Of a DNA stretch of 64,000 bases, positions 57,369-64,000 are shown one piece after another. The DNA is from Akkermansia sp. (GTDB taxonomy: Bacteria > Verrucomicrobiota > Verrucomicrobiia > Verrucomicrobiales > Akkermansiaceae): contig JBGVMR010000045.1 of NCBI GenBank assembly GCA_045124875.1, positions 75,136 through 139,135 on the forward strand, in the 5' to 3' direction. The position numbers were made by a program, and so were the translations under genes. Each line of letters starts with the position of its first letter. The stretch's first letter is position 1. Below the pieces are notes generated by a model. It saw only the letters and a list, made by a program, of their open reading frames with translations, was not told where the DNA came from and did not search any database.

Positions 57369-58445
57369 TCAGCTTCCTGCCTGTTCTGCCATGGCTTGGT
57401 CAATCAAGGCTTTAATCTCTTCTGCCTGTTTTTTGAGTGCAAGCATTTCTTTCATGGCATCCGGCAACTTGCGGATTGCTGCATACTGCTTGGCGGCGTC
57501 CTTATAGGGAGCTGCGGGTGCGCCCCAGTATACTTGGCCACCCTCCAGAGAAGCCATTACACCCGTTCGGGCTGCCAGAACGGCTTTGTCTCCTACGTTG
57601 AGGTGACCTGCTATACCTACTTGGGCTGCTACGGTTACATAGTTGCCCAGCTTAGTGCTGCCGGCAATGCCGCTTTGGGATACAATAACCGTGTGTTTTC
57701 CCACTACTACATTGTGGCCAATCTGCACAAGATTATCAATCTTGCTACCCTCGCCGATGATGGTGCGACCGAAACGGGCGCGGTCTATCGTGGTGTTGGC
57801 ACCGATGTCTACGCAATCGCCGATTTCTACGATGCCCACTTGGTCCACCGTATCATAGCGGCCGGTTTCGTTGTTAAGCAGGAACCCGAAACCATCTGAG
57901 CCGATAACGGCACCGGGCTGAATAACTACCTTGTTGCCCAAAATGCAGCGCTCTCGCACCACTACGCGGGCGTACAGTTTGCAGTCTTTACCCAGTACGG
58001 CAGATTTGCCGATGACACAGCCGGGACCAATATCGCTGCCATCGCCGATTTCTGCACCGTCTTCAATGATTGCGCCTGCGCATACCCTCACTTTATCCGG
58101 ATTAAGCTTGGCTGTGGGGGATACAACGGCGCTCGGTGCTATGCCCGGCTCAAAATCGTTGGCTGCTTTCATGAAGTGCTCCACCATGGCGTTGAATGCC
58201 AAAGAGGGATTTTCTACCTCGATGAAAGCAACTCCTTCCGGATACTCGGGGAGTGCCGGGGGTACCAGTACAATGCCGGCTTTCGTTGCAAGGAAGTCCT
58301 TGTAGTATTTCTCGTTGCCCAAGAAGGAAACCTCATTCGGTGTGGCTTCTGCCAAAGTAGCAACTCCGGAGACCGTGGTCTCCGGAGCACCGCTGAGAAT
58401 TTTTCCTCCGGTGAGTGCGAGAACTTCTGAGAGAGAGAGGTTCAT
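57369..58445 (-). CDS. lpxD: UDP-3-O-(3-hydroxyacyl)glucosamine N-acyltransferase
   Basis: Hexapeptide repeats, IGSDGFGF, IGANTTIDRA and KIDNLVQIGHN motifs. Confidence 0.96.
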   Translation of the reverse strand: MNLSLSEVLALTGGKILSGAPETTVSGVATLAEATPNEVSFLGNEKYYKDFLATKAGIVLVPPALPEYPEGVAFIEVENPSLAFNAMVEHFMKAANDFEPGIAPSAVVSPTAKLNPDKVRVCAGAIIEDGAEIGDGSDIGPGCVIGKSAVLGKDCKLYARVVVRERCILGNKVVIQPGAVIGSDGFGFLLNNETGRYDTVDQVGIVEIGDCVDIGANTTIDRARFGRTIIGEGSKIDNLVQIGHNVVVGKHTVIVSQSGIAGSTKLGNYVTVAAQVGIAGHLNVGDKAVLAARTGVMASLEGGQVYWGAPAAPYKDAAKQYAAIRKLPDAMKEMLALKKQAEEIKALIDQAMAEQAGS

Positions 58446-58483
58446 AAGCGACTCTGTGAGAAGGTTTGCTAACTGGATGTGCC

Positions 58484-59107
58484 TTATTGGGGAAGATTGA
58501 TGCCTGCCTTGCGCAGCTCTGCATCGGCATCGAAGCCGGCAGGAGCATCAGCATTAATCTTGTTAATCATAAGAGGCGTAATATCGTATGCAGCATTCAC
58601 GTGGGGGAATACTTTTGTACGAGTAGAACCGTTGGCTGCGCTGGAATCGATTACCAAATCGTAACCGTTGCGGGTTGCTTCTTCTTGGATGCACTTCTGC
58701 ACATCGGAGAAGAGAATCTGGATGTCGCGGCTGTAAAGTTCCTGGAAAGCTCTCTGTCTCGTTTCAACGTACTGCTTGAGCTCTTCCTGCTTAGCAAGAA
58801 TCTCTGCTCTTTTAGCCTCGAGCTTTTTACGAAGCTCTGCGTTTTCTTTGTCAGAGCGGGAGGGGTCGTGCTGGGCGCGCATCGTTTCAAACTCTTGAGC
58901 AAGTTTGGCAATTTCTGCTTGGCGCTTTTCTACTTCTTTTTTAATTTCCTCCATGGCAGCTCTGAGGCGATCCTCCGTCTCAAAACGCTTGTAGTACTTG
59001 GTGTATACAAGGTTAACGTCTACGGAGGCTAATTTGAGCTCAGCTTGCACGGGGGAAGCCAAAGCGGCCAAAGTAACTGCGGCGGTCGTAATAATGGGCA
59101 ACTTCAT
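58484..59107 (-). CDS. skp: OmpH/Skp outer-membrane chaperone
   Basis: Signal peptide, LASVDV, long coiled coil, GYDLVID and YDITP; upstream of lpxD. Confidence 0.88.
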   Translation of the reverse strand: MKLPIITTAAVTLAALASPVQAELKLASVDVNLVYTKYYKRFETEDRLRAAMEEIKKEVEKRQAEIAKLAQEFETMRAQHDPSRSDKENAELRKKLEAKRAEILAKQEELKQYVETRQRAFQELYSRDIQILFSDVQKCIQEEATRNGYDLVIDSSAANGSTRTKVFPHVNAAYDITPLMINKINADAPAGFDADAELRKAGINLPQ

Positions 59108-59255
59108 AATCGTAAAATGAGGTCTATTGTCATTAGGATTATACGCAATGAGGGTCGTTAGTCAAGCTTGTGTTATGACAACTCAAAAAAATGACATAAA
59201 ATTATGTGCTATGAACAGGCTTGCGGATGCCGTTTTTTTGTGGTAGGCTGTGTGC

Positions 59256-60059
59256 ATGGCTGAATTAATCATGTTAGGCACAGGCAATGCGGCGGTAACA
59301 CGCTGTTACAATACCTGTTTCGCTTTGAAAAACAAAGATGAGATATTTTTGGTGGATGCCGGTGGCGGAAACGGCATTTTACAACAATTAGAAACGGCCG
59401 GTATCACCCTGCAAAGTATTCATCACATTTTTGTAACACATACGCATACAGACCATATACTGGGTGTGGTATGGGTAGTGAGAATGATTGCACAGAGCAT
59501 GAATGCCGGTAAATATGAGGGCGTATTGCAAGTGTATGGGCATGCAGAAGCCATGCGTGTGTTAGAACTTATTTGCCGCAGTACTCTGCCGGGTAAGGTT
59601 TGTGCTCACTTTGGTGTGGATATTATTTTCTGTCCCTTGGAGGACCATGCTTCATTTTCTGCGGCGGGCATGTGCGGCCATGCTTTTGATATCGGCTCTA
59701 CCAAAGCTCAACAGTTCGGTTTTTCGTTAATTTTACCCGGTGGTAAACGCTTTACCTGTTTGGGGGATGAGCCGTATAATGAAAGAGCCCGTGTCTACGC
59801 CGAGGGTGCTGATTGGTTGTTGTGCGAAGCCTTTTGTCTTTATGAGGATAGGGAGCGCTTTAAACCGTATGAGAAACATCACAGTACTGCGGCAGATGCC
59901 GGCCGTTTGGCTGCCTTGCTGGGGGTAACAAATCTGCTGCTGTACCATACGGAAGATAAAACCCTTGCCACTCGGCGAGTGTGCTATACCCGCGAGGCCT
60001 CTCAGTTTTTCCACGGTAATATCTTGGTGCCCGATGATTTAGAGCGCATCTGCTTATAA
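59256..60059 (+). CDS. MBL-fold metallo-hydrolase (RNase Z-like)
   Basis: LGTGNA, LVDAGGG, THTHTDH, KHHST and LLLYHTED motifs. Confidence 0.85.
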   Translation: MAELIMLGTGNAAVTRCYNTCFALKNKDEIFLVDAGGGNGILQQLETAGITLQSIHHIFVTHTHTDHILGVVWVVRMIAQSMNAGKYEGVLQVYGHAEAMRVLELICRSTLPGKVCAHFGVDIIFCPLEDHASFSAAGMCGHAFDIGSTKAQQFGFSLILPGGKRFTCLGDEPYNERARVYAEGADWLLCEAFCLYEDRERFKPYEKHHSTAADAGRLAALLGVTNLLLYHTEDKTLATRRVCYTREASQFFHGNILVPDDLERICL

Positions 60060-60069
60060 TGGTGGGTAA

Positions 60070-60107
60070 CAAAAACGGTCGGGAATCTCACAGCTCCCGA
60101 CCGTTTT
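60070..60107. terminator. Bidirectional terminator
   Basis: aaaaacggtcggga...tcccgaccgtttt. Confidence 0.75.
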
Positions 60108-60209
60108 GTACTTACACCTACTCTATGAAAAGTCAGCCGGCTCTCACCCCGGCCTCGCATAATAGTACGGTGTTTCTTTCAGAATTCTTTCAAAAATGGC
60201 AAACTTTTT

Positions 60210-61271
60210 TTAATTTTTTTTGTCAACATCCTCTTTAGAATAGAATTCTTCTTCCGATATGATTTCAAAATCAATGCTTTGGGTGTCGCTTTCAAAATCT
60301 TCACCAAAATCGATTTGTTCTCGCTTTTTCAATTGTGTGCCGAAGATACGGGCAAATACCGGTCCATTGATGAAGTCCGCCAACTCTTGCATGTCGTAGC
60401 AATTGTTGTGCTGAATAATAGTAAGCGTAGGTTCTATCAATTGTGCCCCCCTCCGAGCTTGCTCGGCTGCTTCTTCCCAGCAATACGGCCATTCTTTATC
60501 AGGTGTGGTTAATTGTTCTGCATACATTTGAGCGCATGCGTAAAATTGTTGCAGTCTGGCAGCATCTGCGCTGAAAGCTGCATCTGCAAACTCGTACAGC
60601 AAAAATTGCAGTATTTGTTCTCGTTTTGTCCCGCAGAAGCGAGCCGGCAGTTTTGCCTCTTCTCCGTCTTTAATGAGTTTTTGCGTGGGCCCGTCACTGG
60701 CTCCTGCCCAGTTGGCTGTGGGCGGGATGATGTCTGCGCAGCCTAATGTGGGGTTGATGCTCAGCACTTGTTCGGCTTTTGTTGAGATGGGGGTACGCCA
60801 CCAAGTGGGGGTTATGGTTATCTCGCAGCAAAGATGCAGGTGGTGTTCTGCTGCTGTACTCCCGCTCGGGGTATAGTGTAGTGTCGGATAACTGAAATAG
60901 GCGGAGTATTTTGTTTTTACCGAATAGGTGCTGTTTGTGGCATGTATTATCGGTGTATTAACGGCTGCTTTCAATTGACCTTTTTCTGTGTATACTTTTA
61001 TTACCCATTCCGCAGGTTGAATCAAACTGAAAGCATCCGGCTGTATATCACCGCTCAGCAGGGTTCCGCTCGGGCTTTTACTCAAATCCCACCTGTATTC
61101 AAAGCTGATATCGTTGTTCCCATCGTGTCGCGATAATTTGATGGATGGATTTTCACAAAACTGCGGCATTTCCGCTTGGTCCGTTTCAAACGCCGGTCGA
61201 TAAGCCAAGGCAACGAGACCGACTACTCCCAGCGCCAGAATGCAAAGAGTTCTGATATGCCATTTCTTCAT
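60210..61271 (-). CDS. Hypothetical protein with N-terminal anchor
   Basis: 353-aa ORF with a signal or TM N-terminus; no family recognised. Confidence 0.7.
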   Translation of the reverse strand: MKKWHIRTLCILALGVVGLVALAYRPAFETDQAEMPQFCENPSIKLSRHDGNNDISFEYRWDLSKSPSGTLLSGDIQPDAFSLIQPAEWVIKVYTEKGQLKAAVNTPIIHATNSTYSVKTKYSAYFSYPTLHYTPSGSTAAEHHLHLCCEITITPTWWRTPISTKAEQVLSINPTLGCADIIPPTANWAGASDGPTQKLIKDGEEAKLPARFCGTKREQILQFLLYEFADAAFSADAARLQQFYACAQMYAEQLTTPDKEWPYCWEEAAEQARRGAQLIEPTLTIIQHNNCYDMQELADFINGPVFARIFGTQLKKREQIDFGEDFESDTQSIDFEIISEEEFYSKEDVDKKN

Positions 61272-61352
61272 GCGTTGATTCTACCTTATGTTGCAGGGCT
61301 AATCAAGCACTCCTTTTTGATATATGACAAAGTATACAGTACTTGTTCATGG

Positions 61353-61380
61353 TTGACAATACGCGTGGCGCGTGTATAAT
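61353..61380 (+). promoter_or_regulatory. Consensus sigma70 promoter for hisS
   Basis: TTGACA-16 bp-TATAAT. Confidence 0.75.
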
Positions 61381-61407
61381 ACACGCCGCAAACATTATTT
61401 TACAATT

Positions 61408-62676
61408 ATGCCGAACATGAAATTCCAACCGCTGCCGGGATTCCGCGACTTTGCTCCGCAGGAATACGCCTTCCGTGCTTACCTCTTCAACACGTGGCGG
61501 AAGGTGGCGCATCGCTACGGTTTTGTGGAGTGGGAAGCCCCCACTGTTGAGGCAACGGATTTGTACCTCAAAAAGTCTGGCGGTGAACTGCCTACCCAGC
61601 TCTTCCGCTTTAAGGACCAGGGAGATCGTGATATTACATTGCGCCCCGAGCTTACCGCTTCTCTCGGCCGTATTGCCGCCTCATACCAGATGGAGTATGC
61701 AAAGCCCCTCAAGTGGTTTGAAATCGGTTCCTGCTTCCGTTATGAGAAGCCGCAGAAGGGGCGCTTGCGCGAGTTCGTGCAGTTCAATGCAGATATTTTG
61801 GGCGACGCCGGTGAGGGCTCGGATGCCGAGTTGATAGCCTTGGCTATTGACTGCATGCGCGAGTTCGGTTTCACGGCAGATGATTTCGTGGTGCGTATCA
61901 GCGACCGCGATGTGTGGATTTCTTATGCCCTGCAACACGGTGTAGCAGAGGACAAGGTGGCAGATTTCCTCTCTGTTATTGATAAGTTTGAGCGCGATCG
62001 CCCCGAGGTGAGCCAGCAGAAGCTGGATGCCTTCGGCATGAAGCGTGAGGATTTGGAAGCCTTTATTAAAAACCCGCCTGCCGGTTGCTCCCCTCGCTAT
62101 GACGCCGTGTACGCCGAGCTACAGGCCCGCGGCTTGGCAGACTATGTGAAGCTTGACCTCTACGTGGTTCGTGGTTTGGCTTACTACACCGGTTTGGTGT
62201 TTGAGATTTTCGACAAAGGTCACAGCCTGCGTGCCGTGGCCGGTGGTGGCCGCTATAATGGCCTGGTTGCTACTCTTTCCGACGGTGCGGCAGACATGCC
62301 TGCCACGGGCTTTGCTATGGGCGATGCCGTGATTGCTCACTTGATAGATGCATGCCCCGCTGCCCGCGCCCTGAGAGATGCCGCCCTCAAGCCCGATGTG
62401 TGCGATGTGTGCATGGTGCTTGCTGCACCCGAGATGCGCATGCAGATGCTCTCCCTTGCCTCCACCCTGCGCGATGCCGGCTTGCGTGTAGATTTGCCGC
62501 TGGCGCCTGCCAAGATGAATAATCAGCTGAAGCGTGCCGACAAAATCGGTGCCACGTACGCGCTCATCGTGGGTAGCGAGTTCCCCGAGGTGGAGCTTAA
62601 GACCATGGCCACTCGTGAGTCTGTGCGCACGGATTTGGAAGGCCTCATGAACGAGCTGCTGCCGGATTTGGATTAA
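61408..62676 (+). CDS. hisS: Histidine--tRNA ligase
   Basis: PGFRDF, LRPELTA, FRYEKPQKGRLREF, RGLAYYTG and GGGRY motifs plus anticodon-binding domain. ATG 61408 follows the promoter. Confidence 0.92.
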   Translation: MPNMKFQPLPGFRDFAPQEYAFRAYLFNTWRKVAHRYGFVEWEAPTVEATDLYLKKSGGELPTQLFRFKDQGDRDITLRPELTASLGRIAASYQMEYAKPLKWFEIGSCFRYEKPQKGRLREFVQFNADILGDAGEGSDAELIALAIDCMREFGFTADDFVVRISDRDVWISYALQHGVAEDKVADFLSVIDKFERDRPEVSQQKLDAFGMKREDLEAFIKNPPAGCSPRYDAVYAELQARGLADYVKLDLYVVRGLAYYTGLVFEIFDKGHSLRAVAGGGRYNGLVATLSDGAADMPATGFAMGDAVIAHLIDACPAARALRDAALKPDVCDVCMVLAAPEMRMQMLSLASTLRDAGLRVDLPLAPAKMNNQLKRADKIGATYALIVGSEFPEVELKTMATRESVRTDLEGLMNELLPDLD

Positions 62677-62691
62677 AGCTTCAGATTTAAT

Positions 62692-62731
62692 AAAAAACGG
62701 GCTGCAAGGTTTATGCTTTGCAGCCCGTTTG
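62692..62731. terminator. Bidirectional terminator
   Basis: aaaaaacgggctgcaa...ttgcagcccgttt. Confidence 0.8.
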
Positions 62732-62733
62732 CG

Positions 62734-63588
62734 TTAGCTTAAAAAATCATCAAGTGCCGCCATTTTTGCGGCGGCGGCCTTGCGGCCTATTTCGTACGCC
62801 ACGCGCAATTTGTCGGGGCTTTTTTCCACTCGGCTGACGGGCAGGGGGCTATCCGGCCGCAGTACAAAAATTTTGCCGTCGGCCTCTTGCGCATCGATGT
62901 AGTCCATGGTGGCATTGTAGACCTCGTGCCGTTGGGCCATGGCGGCTACCAAATGCGGGTATTTACGGTACATGAGCTTGATAAGAAGCATGGCGCTGCT
63001 CTTTTTCTTGCGGTAGCCTTTGGGCTGGGTAAGAATAAGCACATTGCGGTTATACCCAAGTGTTTCAAAGTATTGTAACGGTATGGGGTCGCTGATGCCG
63101 CCATCAAGCATCTTAACCCCGTCAATTTCTACCATGTGAGATACCAGCGGCATGGAGGCCGAGGCTCGTATCCAGTCAAAACCGTGGTCCTCCCACCCAC
63201 CATACGGGTGATATACCGGCTTACCCGTCTCCACATTTGTGCTTACCACGTAGAATTCCATGGGGTTTTTGCCGTAACTGTCAAAGTCAAACGGATCGTA
63301 TTGCGTGGGGACTACGCGGTAGCAAAAATCGGTGTTATAGATATCGCCGCTTTTCAGCAAGCTCCACAGCCCGCAATATCGTTTGTCGTTGCAAAATTTT
63401 GTGTTGTACCGTATCACGCGCCCAATTTGCCCGGATTTGTAATTGACGCCGAAGGCGGCCCCGGCCGATACGCCGATGGCTCCGTCAAACTTCACCCCCT
63501 TTTCCATCATCACATCCATGGCTCCGGCTGTAAACATGCCACGCATCGCCCCACCTTCTAATACTAAGCCTTTTTTCATTTCTGCCAT
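62734..63588 (-). CDS. Patatin-like phospholipase family protein
   Basis: EGGAMRG, GVSAG (nucleophile) and LDGG motifs. Confidence 0.92.
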   Translation of the reverse strand: MAEMKKGLVLEGGAMRGMFTAGAMDVMMEKGVKFDGAIGVSAGAAFGVNYKSGQIGRVIRYNTKFCNDKRYCGLWSLLKSGDIYNTDFCYRVVPTQYDPFDFDSYGKNPMEFYVVSTNVETGKPVYHPYGGWEDHGFDWIRASASMPLVSHMVEIDGVKMLDGGISDPIPLQYFETLGYNRNVLILTQPKGYRKKKSSAMLLIKLMYRKYPHLVAAMAQRHEVYNATMDYIDAQEADGKIFVLRPDSPLPVSRVEKSPDKLRVAYEIGRKAAAAKMAALDDFLS

Positions 63589-63674
63589 TTTTGTTATAAT
63601 ACGCGCCGCATTATGCCATAAAGTTTCTTATTTGCAAGTTTTTTTGTTTGTTTTGAAAGAACGTATTTGCTACA

Positions 63675-64000
63675 ATGCGGGGTGTGAAAACCTGTCTATC
63701 CATTATCATGTTTGTTTTATGTTGTTGCTCCGAGCTTTGGGGAATTTGCTTGCCCGAGGAACGTGAGCGCGTGCATAAGATGATGCAGGAAGAGGAGAAA
63801 CCTTACGAGGTGTACTTCAGTGAATTGTGTGCCAGAAATTATATCAGTATTCCGCGTGAAACGACCGGTGTTTTTACTTTGAGTGAAAGCCCCGGCGAGT
63901 TTGAGCAGTTGGATTATGCCGAGTATCATGTGAACCGCTCGGCCGCATTGCATGATATCCTGATTGCTGACACTACCATAGAACAAAAGGCTGCCGACTA
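63675..64000 (+). CDS. Hypothetical exported protein, running off the window end
   Basis: Not in the track. Plus frame MRGVKTCLSIIMFVLCCCSELWGICLPEERERVHKMMQEEEKPYEVYF... is open to the end; the start could be ATG 63708. Confidence 0.65.
   Translation, partial: MRGVKTCLSIIMFVLCCCSELWGICLPEERERVHKMMQEEEKPYEVYFSELCARNYISIPRETTGVFTLSESPGEFEQLDYAEYHVNRSAALHDILIADTTIEQKAAD

Noticed and set aside
58484-59249. bamA missing upstream of skp-lpxD
   Set aside because: Splitting of this operon is ordinary and nothing indicates disruption.
63717-63986. 89-aa minus-strand ORF
   Set aside because: Shadow of a plus-strand gene that runs off the window end.

Overview
A gene-dense 64 kb chromosomal segment of roughly 50% GC, most likely from an Akkermansia-like Verrucomicrobium. 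That assignment rests on two PEP-CTERM genes ending IPEPTTATLSLLALAxLxARRRRK, a Minf_1886-family gene, and Sel1 and ankyrin paralog pairs. Most of the window is housekeeping: fucO, gluQ, lysA, a glgP-like gene, queA, gltX, menA, pyrC, hemW, nagB, tRNA-Thr(CGT), tRNA-Lys(CTT), HU, rnhC, recN, pyrD, lpxD, skp and hisS. One accessory block at about 13.2-18.2 kb, downstream of gluQ, holds a 250-bp inverted array of 22-23 bp repeats, a four-helix-bundle gene, a UDG-like gene and an MmeI-type restriction-modification gene with an AT-rich recognition region. It ends in heptamer-periodic inverted repeats. Other notable items are a membrane sensor whose PP2C and HATPase outputs both look catalytically degenerate and which is coupled to an intact Ser/Thr kinase, a glucan phosphorylase lacking the PLP-binding lysine, a palindromic operator-like motif shared by both PEP-CTERM promoters, a divergent RHH/AP2 pair, and an orphan hsdS. 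No CRISPR array, integrase, transposase, reverse transcriptase or rRNA was seen. All family calls come from motif recognition by eye; no database searches were run.
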